DNA of 63,592 bases, counting the filler, from Choristocarpus tenellus KU-1152 (Eukaryota; Protista; Phaeophyceae): NCBI GenBank assembly GCA_964200185.2. It is 12 parts of 12 records of this genome, joined end to end, with 100 filler letters (N's around TTAATTAATTAA, not from the genome) between each part and the next. Parts side by side here need not be neighbours in the genome. Positions count along the whole stretch, not along the records: positions 11,307 to 15,942 come from CAXNAD020013695.1; positions 16,043 to 19,781 come from CAXNAD020018211.1; positions 19,882 to 25,902 come from CAXNAD020009149.1; 9 more parts are not named here. The stretch is one strand, 5' to 3'. This document shows, piece after piece, positions 11,706 to 25,054 of the stretch; the first letter of the stretch is position 1, and every line of letters begins with the position of its first letter. Both the position numbers and the translations under genes were made by a program. Under the pieces are notes generated by a model. The model ran no database searches, was not told the DNA's origin, and worked only from the letters and a program-made list of their open reading frames with translations.

Positions 11706-11859
11706 TTTTGATGGGGGAGAATAGTAGTCATTCAGGGTTAGGGAAGGGGAGGTAAGCAGCGAGCAGGAGCGGTTCAGGTTTGAGACAGGCTCTTGAAAAG
11801 GAGGACAGATGGACGGGCGGGCGGATGTGTTTATGGACAGGTGTATGGATAAATTGTCG

Positions 11860-12070
11860 TGTGGATGGATGGATGGATGGATCGGTAGATAGATGGTTTA
11901 AATGGATGGTTGGATGGATAGATAGATGGATGGATAGATAGATGGATGGATAGATAGATGGATGGATAGATAGATGGATGGATCGGTAGATAGATGGTTT
12001 AAATGGATGGTTGGATGGATAGGTAGATGGAGGGATGGATGGATGGATGGATGGATGGATGGATGGATGC
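11860..12070. repeat. (GGAT/AGAT)n compound microsatellite in an intron
   Basis: Direct inspection; it generates the spurious HPSI-rich ORFs. Confidence 0.92.
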
Positions 12071-12349
12071 TGGTCGGAGAACAAGTGGTATGGGTGTTGC
12101 AAGTTAAGCACAAAGGGTGGAGTGAGAGAGAGTCAATTTTCCACACTATTGTAAACACGCCTGACATAGGTTTTCAACATAAAATCAAGAAACGGATTTG
12201 ATTCAGGTGTCTACAGCGCACACTTAGTGGTTTGCATTCAAAAAAATCACATTCACCAACCACAAAAAAGAATGCACATTCCCAATTGTTTCCAATGGGA
12301 ATATTCTCGCTATGTTCTCATTGTGGAAAAAATATAAAAAGTAGCACTT

Positions 12350-12432
12350 GTACTACTACTAGTACCACTACTAATACTACTACTACTACTGCTACTACTA
12401 ATACTACTACCACTACTGCTACTACTAATACT
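12350..12432. repeat. (ACT)n microsatellite in an intron
   Basis: Direct inspection. Confidence 0.9.
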
Positions 12433-12769
12433 GTATCACAAAACGGCCAGGTGGACTGAAAGGGAAAATAAGCTGAAGAGTGCTGATCTGCCAGGTTCAC
12501 ACAAGAGAGGACAGCCGGAGAAGAAAGGGCAATTCCCCTTGTGGCGACCCCAACTGTCTACAAAGGAGATGGTAAACAGGAGGTGGCGCATTTAACTTGC
12601 GAATGACCAAAAAAAAATAATCGGGATATAGACGTATCGAGCAAGTGCGTGTACAGACAAGATGGAGGACATGACATGTGAAGGCAGGGGGAGGTGGGGA
12701 CAAGAGGGACAGGAAGAGATGGGATTAGGGTGCATAAGTGGCCTGCTTGTGCATTGCATCGGCACCCAC

Positions 12770-12964
12770 CTCCTGAAGCTTGTCGGAAAATGTGCGGTGC
12801 AGTCCTATGCGCGCCGTACCATAGATTGCCTGCCTCATTAATGCTGCTGATAGACCTGCGTAGATTGAAAATATTCCCTCAGTCTTGACCATGTTGGAGA
12901 GCAGGGCTGGAAAACTGGGCTTGGGAGCATCTGGAGCCATGGTCGCCAACAGCTGAATACGCAC
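12770..12964 (-). CDS. Mitochondrial carrier (OGC/DTC-like), exon 2
   Basis: CAG|...|GTGGGT, 195 nt, phase 0: VRIQL...KTEGIFSIYAGLSAALMRQAIYGTARIGL...DKLQE (EG..YxGL motif and RQxxYxxxRxG substrate motif). Confidence 0.95.
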
Positions 12965-13480
12965 CTGATCGCGAGAATAACAAGGATATAGGGACACAAT
13001 GTCGGAAGGAGTGGAAAGAGAGCAAAGGAAAGGAAGGGTAGGAGTGGAGGGGGTGGAGACGAGGGGTGAGGGAACTAATACTTCTTGTGGGGGGCGTTGG
13101 TTTTCTGGGGTTAACAAGTTCGGTGTGTTGGCCTAGATTTACAGATCCTGAGAAAGCTCGGTAGCTTTACTCTTCTGCCTGACCAACATTAGGGGGTGAC
13201 CAGTCAGGTATTCGCAAATCTAACACCTTTTGCTGAGCAGCTCAATGGCGGTGAGGGGTGAACACAATCCTAGGTGAAGGCCTAGGCTGGCCTAAAAGTG
13301 GGAAACTCTATTATTTGGTTGTCCAACTGTGTTTAGCCATCCTAGTAAATGCGTGTTCGATCTGTAACGTTTGCCTTGACACAAAGAAATCAGAGATTAT
13401 TTCAATGCCCATGCCATGGCACAACAACCCTCCACAGCCCATTATTGAATCCTTCCGCCCTGTGATCTCTGGGTTCCCAC

Positions 13481-13570
13481 CTTTGCAAGGTCGATAGGGT
13501 GGATGCATGAAGACGCGAAGCAAGCTGCCATCCCACCACACACAAATGGCTGCACCACTGCCGCCGCCAT
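13481..13570 (-). CDS. Mitochondrial carrier (OGC/DTC-like), exon 1 with start codon
   Basis: ATG at 13570; MAAAVVQPFVCGGMAACFASSCIHPIDLAK|GTGGGA. PIDLAK joined to VR in exon 2 completes the first carrier signature. Confidence 0.93.
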
Positions 13571-14499
13571 GTTCGAGCGCCTGTCCCTCGAGTGCTGCAC
13601 GTGCAAAGGTTGTTCACAAAGAGAGGGAATGCGTGGGCATCATGTTATGCGGTTATGTTCAGTTTTGGCAAATTGATCTATCATAACCAATGACGAACCT
13701 GGTAAGATGTCCGTTGTTACGATGGAAGAGGATGCTGTACTGGCAATTGCAACATTGCAGCATTGGGAATGTAACAATTATATAGTCGCTCAGTACATAC
13801 AAGGAATACAACGTGATCAAAGAGGTATTCCGTCAATAGGGCACGCAATAACATCGCGAGCAGTAAAGCAACACACCCCGTTTACCAGATGAATTAAGCA
13901 ACAGCTCAGATCAAGATTTTCGGGTTGCACAGCGTTCTGTCGTGTCGCCCTCCCAAATACGTTGCTGTTACGTCAGACGAGCTGATGTCGAGAATATAGC
14001 ACACAAGAATTCACTAACATACGCTAGGATACATAGGCTGCACCACTACGAAACTGATTGCAATTGGCGTGTTGGTGCACGTTCAGGTGTATAGGGTGGT
14101 TGTGATCTGTGGTCTCCCAGTTTTGTAATAAAACCCATAAATATTAAATCCCACTACTGTTGAATATCTTGTTAATAGTGAGTATTGAGTATTGAGTATC
14201 GTATAAGAAGTACTTCAGATTTCCTTCACTTGCAACTACTTCGAATCAACTTCTATATATTAATGGTAGTGTTTATCGTAAGGAATAAGACTTATCATCA
14301 GCAGGATATCGAACTTCCAATTTGATATTTTATCACTTATCTAAATCAACCTACACAATGATACTATCACACAACGAAGAACTGCCATTTCTAAATACCA
14401 TTTTTGTTTTGTTATGGCCTGCATATAATATACCAAAAATAATAGGTCAGGAAGATGGCAACTTTCATCTACTACATGAAAGGATGTATGTCACACCCC

Positions 14500-14900
14500 T
14501 AGTAAGGTCCTACAAATTCGACAGCCGAACATGTGATTGAAAGGAGAATCAAATTATCTATAATCGCCTCAATTTTCAACCCCCTGAATGTTAACCAATA
14601 ACAGTACATTTTCGACTTTTTGAACCTATTCCCAGGAAATTGTTGAAATTTTGATATCTTGTAGATGGAAAACGAAGCGAGGTGGACAGGAGAAGAACCG
14701 CGGGACAAACCTCCAAGAGTTACCTTGACAAATTTAGGATTGAGCCTGAGGATTGAAACGCTCCAAGGATACTAACCTACAGAAGGACGTAGTACGAGTG
14801 TATGGCTAATAATGAGGTTCATGGTCGAATGACACTCCAAGAAGCCTGTGAGAACTAATGCCTACGTCGCACCGAAGCAACAGGCAGGGTCACCCAAGCC
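14500..14900 (+). mobile_element. Degenerate non-LTR retrotransposon (RTE-like) 3' remnant
   Basis: Broken peptides resembling RTE ORF ends (GKR.GG.EK..., DKFRI, MRFMVEW-like); heavily decayed. Confidence 0.3.
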
Positions 14901-16139
14901 ACTACAAACCACCACCATCACAGTTTGCTAAATGCTGTTTTCTTTTCGGTCTAATTTTCTTGCATCCTTCGTTCATTTTCTTTCGTTTCTTCCCCTTAAG
15001 TTTTGTGGCTAATGTTTTCTCCTGTTTGTTCTAATTCTTCTTTTTCATTGTTTTCTTCTCTTCCCTAATTTTTCCTTTTTTCCTCCATTACTAAGTTATT
15101 CTTTAATGGTCCGATTTAAGGTTCTTTAAAGGTTAGGTAAGATATCTATGGATTTGGTCTCGTCTGGTCTCTACGATCTGTGGCCCACAGTCTGTTGGCT
15201 GTGGTTATCTGTAGAACTGTGGAGATACTGTGGGCTCCGCATTCTGGACTGGTTGAACTCCCTGGTCTAGTGTATCTGTGCATTCCAAACCATCATTCCT
15301 ATTTATCTTGACTTCACAACCCCATCCATATCCTGTTCCTATCTAGCGCACAATTTCGTTCTCATCCCGCACCGTAAAAAAAATACCGACACAGTCAATC
15401 ATATACTGATTCCCTCTTCTCTACACGCAATAGCAACGCAATTCTCAGAGTTAATCACCCACCGGCTGTGGACTATGAATTTTGCCATGACAAGTGGTTG
15501 CAGCAGTTTCTTCGATATTCATTGGGTCGATCCAAGGAGACAGATATTAACTTCCCAAATTCAAAATGCCGATTGATGATTATGGCCACTGCTGAATGAT
15601 TTCTCAATGCCATTCGCCCATTGTGCATAGGTCTGATCTGTGGCCTTCGTAACCTTTTCCTTCTGCATATTAAGCAACCCTCATTTGCAAAAACGAAATT
15701 TCCTTTACTCAACCTTACAGGCTTACAAGTTCATAGGTTTATGATCGGTTCATCACCTTAGTGTCTGGTGTTGGTGTAGATGCTTGACGTGGTTAAGTGA
15801 ATCGCATCACACGATGTAGGATATAAAATAGGTATAGAGATTTCCAAAAATATGGAAGGCGTTCCCAGCATTTAACAGCCGATTTCAAAAATTGAGGATG
15901 GAGCTTTTCATTGAGGATGGGCTTGACCCAAAATTGACTGAGNNNNNNNNNNNNNNNNNNNNNNNNNNNNNNNNNNNNNNNNNNNNTTAATTAATTAANN
16001 NNNNNNNNNNNNNNNNNNNNNNNNNNNNNNNNNNNNNNNNNNAACCAGTGCAGTGCACCAATCAACAGTCAGTACAAGCTGGTAGATGTGTATCATATCA
16101 ACAAGAAACAAATGAGTAGCCTATGTTTTAACAATTTTT

Positions 16140-17560
16140 TCCTTGCCACCTACCATGACTAGCTTTTGTTTCAGCTGGATGTCAAGTCTGTTCCTTCAAA
16201 GCCCCCTCCATCAACATATTTTCAGTTTTCACCCGCCCTGCCCCAGGTTTCCCTCAAACCAATTCACATGGGCCGAACCCAAGTGTACTGTCTCTATAAC
16301 AACCTGTACAGCTTCTGACAAGACCCCTGCGCCTGGTGCCAAACCCTCCACAAAACTCTCACCACCCTTGACCTTACTCCTAGTGTTGCCGATCCCTGCA
16401 TGTACATCACAGAGGAGGTTGAGCTTATTCTGTTTGTGGATGTGGATTACATGGGCATCACTGGCTTCAACTCCAGCCTCGTTGACACTACTTGTCCGCT
16501 ACTTCAACACCAGTTCAATGTAGAGGATCTGGGTCAACCTGAATGGGTTCTTGGGGTTTGGATCCTCCAACCTCCGAGACTTATCCCATCACGAGATTGT
16601 CCTCACTCAAGAACTGTACATCAGCAGCATCCTGGAACACTTTGGCAAGCTAGTAGCAACTCATTGACCACCCCTGCTAACACCCTCAAGAGTTCTGTCC
16701 CCACCCTGATTCACTTCTACCTCCCAAAGACAATAAACACTACGAGACATTGGTTGGCAGCCTACTCTCCCTATCCATCTGCATCGGTCCAGACATTTCC
16801 CATGCTGTCACGCAACTTACTTGCTACATGGCCACCCCTTCCCACCCTCACCTTGTTGCGGCCAAACGTGCCTTGGACTATCTCTTCAAGGTGCTCCACG
16901 TTTCTCCCTTCAATACTGTTCATCCCTGTCCAACTTTGTCTTTCCACACGGCTATGCTGACACAAGCTGCGTCAGCGACCCTAACTCCTACCGATCCACG
17001 TCTTGCTATGTGTTCATGCCAAACGGTGGCCCCGTCACCTGGTTGAGCAAGAAGCAGTCTAACCATCGACTTGTCCATCACTGAAAGTGCGAGCGATGCC
17101 CTCAACTTTGCAGCTTAGGAAGGCCACCACCTTCGAAACCTTCTCTCCTTCATCAGATTCGATGCCAAGACTCCCATCACCATCCACGAGAACAATCAGG
17201 GGGCCTTGCAGGCTCAAAGTATCTGGGGAGAGGGTGGCGGCTGTCCATTTGTGGGGACAATTTTTTCATGTTGCGATCTTTGGGTGATATGGTTGCATAC
17301 GTCGGATGGATAAGTTAAGTGCACTTTTCCAGGTTATGGACCAAATGGACACCCTGGTGTAGATCCCCCCTCCCCCCCCCAGATACTTCGGATCTTCATC
17401 TGGCCAACAACTTCACCTGCATCCCCAGGATCAAGCATGTTGGGGTTCGATTAGCTTCCTTTGGGAAACTGTTGCTGTTGGTGTCATCAGGGTGGTTCAC
17501 ATCAGCACCAAGGAGGAGCTTGGAGATGTACTTCCTCCGTTTGGAATTAAATGTAACATA
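16140..17560 (+). pseudogene. Ty1/Copia reverse transcriptase-RNase H remnant, interrupted by a MITE
   Basis: QLDVKS.FL, ADPCMY, LFVDVD (YVDD-like), EDLG...LG, VGSLL...PDISHAV...AKRALDYL, GYAD...RSTS.YVF...W.SKKQ, ENNQGA...RIKHV. Confidence 0.93.
17211..17394 (+). mobile_element. MITE family 2, complete 184-bp copy inside Copia RNase H
   Basis: TIRs GGCTCAAAGTATCTGGGG / CCCCAGATACTTCGGATC; TSD TGCA/TTCA. Removing it plus one TSD restores ENNQGALHLANN. Confidence 0.88.
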
Positions 17561-17959
17561 ACTATAGCAAGCTCCGTTCTCGCCAGGAAATGACCCACGT
17601 GATAAACCCTCGGGATGAGTCTTAGTTTTCATATTGATAGGGAGTCTTGCAAAGTTTGAGATGGTGGACTGTAATCACTGTAGACGATTATCACCAGCGC
17701 AAAGTCGCATTTGATGAGGTTCAAAAACCTCGTGAAACTGTCAAAGCGGGTGTTTATTTGGAGGCCTAGGACGAAGACCCCCTGTTGTTCGAGCAGCTCG
17801 CTCATCCCATTTTCTCCTGTTGGTCTTAATTCTTCGGATCAGAAGTTTGTCCGGGGTCCAGACTCAAACACCCCAATGAAGAACAGCGTGGTGGCACAAT
17901 GCCCGAAGGTGAGAGGTCACCGTTGTGCACCGACCAGACAGCAGTGGGAAGGGAGGGGG

Positions 17960-18263
17960 TACTGATCTCCATCTTAAAATAAAGCCAGTGGTGGAAAGAA
18001 TCATTGTAGGTTAACATATCATTGAGGATGACAGACTGGAGGCAAAAGTCACAAATAAGCTCCTCAAACCCCCAAAGACCAGCCTTGGCAGGGTAGAGTC
18101 GGGTTATCTACGGATCAGGGTCCTTCCCCAGTTCCATATTGCAGTTCTTCAACAGATGAATAAATGGCTGCATCCTCTCCTCACTGAATGCCTCACGCTT
18201 GAGGATCTGGACCAGCTATGCTGCCGGGTCATTGTTGAGGGCACAGATATCACATAGGTAAAG
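17960..18263 (-). mobile_element. Copia gag-like remnant
   Basis: Minus-strand peptide ...LLKNCNMELGKDPDP*ITRL...ELICDFCLQSVILND resembles the Copia gag UBN2-type region. Confidence 0.4.
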
Positions 18264-18810
18264 TGCTACAGCCGCCCCTGAACTCACCTGCACAGGATGT
18301 ACAACTCAAATCCAATGACCTTAAAACGACCCTATGGGGGCATTGCCCTTGATAACAGTTTGTTGGGTATCAGATAGCCTTTTCTATCCAATAGTCCATT
18401 CAGTGCTTAGCTCAAAGCTGGACCCAATGTTAAGTTCAAGATATAAAAAAAATGGTAAGAGGAGTAAAGGTGTTTTCACCAAAAGCCCTCTGATTATTTT
18501 TATCGTCCACCCAATTTCTTTGATTTTCTATGCATCTGCTCTATACGTACTCCATTCTTAAACCTTTATTTTGCAACTTCTTAGGAACTTTGACATTTTC
18601 TTCTGTAATGTTACGTATGCATTGCGAATCTTACTCTGTATCTTCTACGAAATCAGCATTTATTCTGTAAGGCTACCTATGTGTTACTAATATCGTATAT
18701 TGTTCGCACTTGTTAGAACGCGAGAAACAATCCTTGCACTATTCATCTGTCACAAATATTCGTGTTTGCTAAAACATGAGTAGAAATGCTCGCGCTATTC
18801 ACCTGTAACA
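18264..18810 (-). mobile_element. Gypsy 3' LTR (subtype B); PPT and 3' region follow at 18811-19410
   Basis: TGTTACAGGTGAATAGCGCGAG start on the minus strand; homologous to 25112-25659; adjoining sequence matches 3790-4090 and 4740-4826. Confidence 0.87.
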
Positions 18811-19064
18811 TGACCCCCAGCATGAACTAGCAATACATGTTTCACGCTTACCGCAGGTGATTGTCACCAGTGAAGACAATAGATATCATCAATCACCTCA
18901 GATCATCCTGTGGCAAGAAAAAAAGGAAGAGTAAAACGATATCGTGCTCCTGCTAGGTCCACAACATCTATCCTTAACTTACTTGGGAAAAATCTGTCCG
19001 CATCTAGCCTAATCTGAGGATATATTTACTCTCTCTAAAGTACAGCTTCCCTAGAGTGCCAAGT

Positions 19065-19320
19065 GAGTGAAAGTATCTTACAGGGTACGATTTTTGCCCT
19101 GTATGTCCATTTTGGGCTTGGCTTCCCACGGGTTTTATGACATTTTACCTACTCCGAAAAGTTTCGGAGAAGGTAAAATGCATACGCTATGAAAAGGTGT
19201 GTCCAAACAAGGATATTGACACTTCATAACAAATAAAATAGCCAAAATTATATTAGAATCACAACATTGGAATTTGGCCCCCAAATGGACGTGGCTCTAC
19301 CCTCTAAGATACTTTGGCTC
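19065..19320 (+). mobile_element. MITE family 1 copy (TSD AAGT) inserted in the Gypsy 3' region
   Basis: GAGTGAAAGTATC...GATACTTTGGCTC; AAGT on both sides; the empty site is visible near 3880-3895. Confidence 0.92.
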
Positions 19321-19718
19321 AAGTATCTGATTATTGCCTGTTTCCTGCCCCCCAGCACGAAGCATACTGACGGCTACCAGTCGTAAATCAGGCAAGAACA
19401 TCAACGTCGGCCTCCAACAAAAAACGAATAGAAAAGAATAAAAAAAGAAAGGAGGCAAGGGACAGAGGAGGGAGAACTGAAGCAATGTACAGCAAAGTAA
19501 GTAAGGATGTACGGGGATACCAGGGCTGACTGAAATAAAATAAAATAAAAAATAAATGGGTTTAAGTATCTGGGCAGGGGGGGGGTCGGCGTCCGTTTTT
19601 CACCCTTTTTTCGATTTTCACTTTTTTGGTGTGATTTGGTTGCAAATGTCGGATTTAAAATGTCTGCAAAAAAAAGAGTTGTTTAACCGAAACGGACGCC
19701 CCATCACAAAATACACCC

Positions 19719-19781
<63 letters not shown>

Positions 19782-20149
19782 NNNNNNNNNNNNNNNNNNN
19801 NNNNNNNNNNNNNNNNNNNNNNNNNTTAATTAATTAANNNNNNNNNNNNNNNNNNNNNNNNNNNNNNNNNNNNNNNNNNNNAGGAATAAGAAAATAGGAA
19901 TGTGCAAATAATAATAATAATCCAGAATTCGTGAGCAAAGCAAAAGGATGGTTGGATGGGAACTAAAAATAAATAATTATTGCAAGAACAGAAGTGTGAG
20001 GTAAAGAAAATGAATTATATAAAAAATAGAAATTCAAGATCACAGAGAGTTAAATGATAGAAAAGAGGAAATAAAAAAGTAATGAGTTCGGTGTATATAT
20101 ACATATTTTTTTCTTTTTCCAAAATTCTTCTGGTTATTCAATCCAAATA

Positions 20150-21778
20150 TATTACTGGATGTTCTAATGTGGGCAACTTCTTCATTCCAACTTCTGTTGT
20201 CCCATGGTCCTTTCAGTGGCCATGATTATCACTGTTTTATTATCTTGTTTTGGCATGCACCGACTGAACCTCACCTTGTTCTTTGGACATACAGTTGTTA
20301 CCTGCAGGGAGGTTTTCTGGAGGAGATACTCATCTCTCTCCTGTTGAGTTTCTCCTTGCCTCCATCCTTCAACCGTACCCTCCAGTAGAGTGACGTGAAG
20401 TCAAAACTGGACCACGTGTCCTACAGGATAGTTGTCAGAACAAAACAAAAGTAATGAACAGCTTTACCATACTACAGTTGGATATTTATCATGCCTTCTA
20501 GGACCTTCACGATCGGGGTTTGGGCTGAGGCAGCAGAAGGGTATGACATGCTAGTAAACATAGCAAGCGCATCTATCATCAACCCGGAGGAGTGTGAGTC
20601 TTCTCCTTTTACAATACAACATTTTTGGGGCATTTTGATTGGCTGAGAAAATGAGTATCGGTCGCTTCAATCGGATAATTCTTTTATGGGACCATCAACA
20701 ATCTGTTCTACTGTAATTCGATAGTTTACCATTTCGGTCCCCAAAGGATTACTCTAGGAAATTGCTAGTGGGTAAGTTTGACTTCAGTTTCTTTCTAAGA
20801 TAAATATCCTATTTGTTTTGTAGCCTTCAATTTGGTTAGGACGTTTGGGAGGAGAGTTGGGAGTTGATACAAATCAACGAGATGATCTTTGCCTATGTCT
20901 CCCTCCCCCAAAACAACTTAATATATATGAGGCATCCGCGAGTCCACGGTGTACGCTCGATAGTGCAAATCTAGGCTATTGCCGCAGCCTTCCGCGTCAC
21001 ACTTTTCTCTCTCTTTAAAAGAATAACTTATGGCAGCCCTTACAGCGATTTTCGGTTGGCCATCCAAAAGGGTGCATTCTCTCACCAAAATATGGACGTA
21101 CTCGGTTGCTTCTACGTCGTCTCGAGGGTCCTGTAAGAGCTTCCCTGTGAAGCGTGGGACGTCGATTGCAGCCAAAGCATCTAAAACGTATCGCTGCGTG
21201 CCCTAAGAAAGTTGAACAAGAGTTTTCGAGGAGTTTGATGTGGAAAAGGGTCAAGTTATTGATGTGTGGATGCGATGCATAAGCGCGTTGCAACGTGACG
21301 ACTGCTGTAGGAATTCTCGCAAAGTCTGACCCTGGGTTGGAAACTCTCCGAATCATTGATTCCCAGCGGAATCTGTGAAGTAATAGAACAGCGTGACACA
21401 CGAAAAACAGATCGGGAATATACGAATGGCGGGGAATAACTACCTAGGCGACGTCTATATCGTGGGGTCAGAAACCACTCGTTTACGAATACAGGTTGTG
21501 ATGTTTCCCTGGGAGTCACAGATGCCACCGCGCTAGGCCCTCCCTACAAGTTAGGAGGTGGAGCCAATATTCCAAGACCACCCATGGAGACAACGAGGCC
21601 AAGCAGAAGGAAATCCAGTAGACAGTGAAAGCATCCCCAAAACCATGCATGGAGACCACAAAACCAAGTAGGAGAAAGAGAAAAATAAAGGCTAATGTAG
21701 GAAGCTACCAAGAATCCTGAATGCCGAGGCGAATGCCTAGTACTCTCTCCAGTTTGAAGAGAGGCGGTAGGACCTCCA
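20150..21778 (-). mobile_element. Internally deleted Gypsy body: PBS, gag-like remnants, then the integrase Tudor-like tail
   Basis: PBS TGGAGGTCCTACCG directly follows the LTR; broken ORFs 20918-21528; 20325-20415 encodes FDFTSLYWRVRLKDG.KEKLN, homologous to 3630-3716. Confidence 0.7.
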
Positions 21779-22211
21779 TGTTACAGGCATGCTCCAGAAA
21801 CTTACCTCCACAGGATAGGTAGCTCCAATTCACAGATTAAAGATGTCAGCTCAGCAGAACAGAGCGTACTCTCAATGAATCAATTAGCATAAGACAATCT
21901 AATGTTCTTCGATATAAGTAAGAGTGTGTAAGTAGGGTCTCTAGGTCAGAAGAACTTAGGTGTTTGGAGCCGTTTTTTGGATCTTTTATCATCATTTATC
22001 GTTGGGGCTTCTTTGGTTTACAGGCATTGGAATATATCTGAGGACCTTTGCGATCTTTCCATCTGGGAACCCTTGCGACTTTCCCGAGTTACAGATTTTA
22101 TCTGCAACTTTTCAGCAAATTGGAGTTCCCCCTTTGGGGTTCCCCACGCGCTTACACTGCTCGCGACGGTTAAAGCGCGGGAAGAAACACTCGCGCTATT
22201 TGCCTGTAACA
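21779..22211 (-). mobile_element. Gypsy 5' LTR (subtype A)
   Basis: TGTTACA...TGTAACA inverted termini; homologous to 4827-5181; followed by the PBS. Confidence 0.9.
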
Positions 22212-22229
22212 GTTGATTGAGTTCATTTA

Positions 22230-24000
22230 TGGAGAACGACAGAAGGAAGGCGTTAAGTAAGGATGACATGTGTGGCAAAGCGAAAGTTTATGAAGTGATC
22301 TGAGTTTTGTGTGTGGAAGAATTCTGGTTGGTTGGGGGCACAGGGGAAGGGAGGGCACAGGGAAAAAATAAAAATTATCAATGAAGGAACCAAGAGTTAA
22401 ATAATGAGTGGTTGAGAGAGGGAAGAGAGTGGTTAAGAAAATAGGTGGCAGGCAGAGCAACGAGTGGAGAAGGAACCGAGAGTAACGAATTGAAGAGGAA
22501 GTCTGAGGCTGGGGCGGCCAGACGAGGAGGGCTAGATCAAGAGGATCCCCGAGCAAGCTTTCGTCGGAATGGATCAAGGAAGAACCCGAGCAATCTTCCC
22601 CACGGTTGAAAGAGGGAAAGATCTTGTGGAAAAGGCGGGGATGCTTGAGAACAAGATATACAAATGGTAGGGAATAGCTCACAAGGTAAGGGGGATGATG
22701 ATCTTGACAATGAAAAAAAATCGTAGATAAGTGTATGGTAGGAATGGGACATGCGTACTTAAGTGAGAAATTCAGACACAATGAAAGGGGTACCCGGGGA
22801 AACCCATAGAAGAAGGAATAATGAAGGACGGACCACGATGCTATCAATGTTATGGCAGAGTGAAACAGGAGAAACGAGTAAAGGACGGATCGGACCGATT
22901 CCGATGGTAGTTGTCTTGGCAGAGAGGGGAGTACATGTTAATACTGCAGGTTACAAGCAATAATACCTTATAGGTTTGCACACACAGCAGGACGGAAGGG
23001 GGTTGAGGGTCCTGCCAGAGTGACAGTGTAAAGGGTAGGTGGGGACGAATAGTAGAGTGCGCTGTTTATGTCACTAACATGTTTATCCCATGGAGTTCAC
23101 GACAACAAGAGAAAAAATAATAGGTCAGGTTAGAGGTAGTGTACCTGTGACAATAAGGTAAATTACAGATAACATATGGCTTGAATTGTAGAGCTGGGGC
23201 AGATATCAGGTCTATGTCGATCGGCGATAGGGTACGTGGGTTGTTGTCCGCTGCCTTTATGGTTCACCCCAACCCATATGGCAAGAAAAATCGAACAGCA
23301 TGGGCTCATCATAGGATGATGTATGGGGGACCACCCCATACCAGGCTCACGCGTGGAAGGTACAAGGCTAGTAATGGGATGTTTATTAGGCATAGGTACC
23401 CTGTGAATCAACGGTTATGTCAATTTAAGTATTTCTTTTTTTTAGGTGAAGTGACGGCCACGAGATTAAGTGGAGATATTTTCAGAGTACTTATTGAGGA
23501 TACGGGGGAGGTGGGGATTTGAAGGGGAGTGAATGCCATGAAAGTAAGAATTGGGGATTGGGAGTAGATATACGGTCAGAGAGATGATGATAAAAAACGA
23601 GATGCGATGGTTAAAAGAAAGGGATTGGGTGAGAGCATCATATTGGAAAAAATGGAGGTAATGAAGAGTATACCAATATAAAGAAGGGGGAAGGGGAATG
23701 ATTAACCATAGCTCCTGCACCACCCTGCGTAAAAAAAGTTGAGTTGACCTTGTCGATAAAGGGCTACAGCATAAAATGGTAGGCATTTGAGGGCTAACTC
23801 TAAGGAAGATTCGTGGACATCATTTCTACAATCATTAACAAATCGCCACAGTGAAGGAAAGTGATAAAAGAAGGTATAGTACCTTATAGTGAGATAATCA
23901 GTTTAAGTCAATAAAAGGCGTGGGAGGGAGGGAGAGAGATTCGGCTCACAATAAAAAAGAAAACCAGATACGATGGGAGGACATGAACTTCTCCAACAGT
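22230..24000 (-). mobile_element. Unclassified decayed repeat, probably a non-LTR retrotransposon (related blocks at 28620-29060 +, 52180-52400, 27850-28010 -)
   Basis: A ~220-bp block (GAATTCTGGT...GTCTGAGG) recurs three times with strong purine/pyrimidine strand skew; no diagnostic domain recognised. Confidence 0.4.
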
Positions 24001-25054
24001 TCGAGTTGCTAAGGAGTGGAAATGGATGTGTTCAATTGAAAGGAAGATAAATGAATAATAGGCGGCAGTCCTCTCGTTAATTTTAGACGATAAATATATA
24101 CTTGTATATTTATTGAAAAAAAAAATGCACTTTGCTGATCACAAGTACATAATGTAATGATGAATGTCTCACATCCTAGTCAACTCGCCGGCATCTACGA
24201 CTCGTCTAGACTAATACATGCACAATGCATGTTCGAGTCCTTACGGAACCCACCCAGAATAGTCTCTACCAGATTACGCAAAACAATGCCGAGGAGGGTA
24301 CATGACCAATGTTTGAGCAATGGGTTGATCCTTGACTAGGGGTGAGAAAATGGACTTGAGAATATAGGTACGGAACAGACACTGGGCGGAGGTGATCCCC
24401 AACAATCTTTCCAAGGTAACAGAAGTTCAACAACTTACAGAAGGGGGGGGGAGGAGGGGGGGGGGTAGACCTATGAAACTTCTAATCAAAACCGGTGGAA
24501 ACTGTGTCAAAGTATTAAGTGTTGCAGATTCAATCTCAAACTGTAAAAAAAAAGAGAAAAAGAAAAAGAAAGAAAGTAAAAGAGGAATTCAATGTCAGAG
24601 ATATAAGGAGTGTGTGGGTTGTCAAGAATTGGGACACCAAGTGTGAGGAGGCATAGCCGCAAGTGATAGAACCCAAAAAAACGTCAATGGACTTTATGCA
24701 GGGGTAGTATACCATACCCCGAGGATAGTTCACCGGAGACTAGGTGGCATGGGCACATGAAGTTTTACTCCAAATCTATGTAGAAGGAAATTTAGGGGGT
24801 CATAGATCCCGCGAGTCTGCCTTGGGGATCGTTTTGGCTGCTGGCCTACCCGTTGGGACTATGCCAGGAGGGGGGCTGCTTGGGTAGACTAGTGGGAAGG
24901 GGGAGGGTCAGAGGGGATAGACATAGACCAGGGATTATATTCTTAGGGGAAGGATAGTGGAGTCGAGTATGACAGCCCAAGAGGGTGGTCAGAGAGTACA
25001 GAGTGCTTTACAGAACTAGGAAGCTACAACGGGTAGATGGGTAAGTGGGGGAGG

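Noticed and set aside
11728-12500. HPSI-, WMDG- and Thr-rich ORFs
   Set aside because: Translations of intronic microsatellites within the carrier gene.
12497-12560. Possible alternative exon 3 (GELPFLLR resembling KEIPFWMK)
   Set aside because: Out of phase with exon 2 at the nearby AG, hits a stop quickly, and has no carrier signature.
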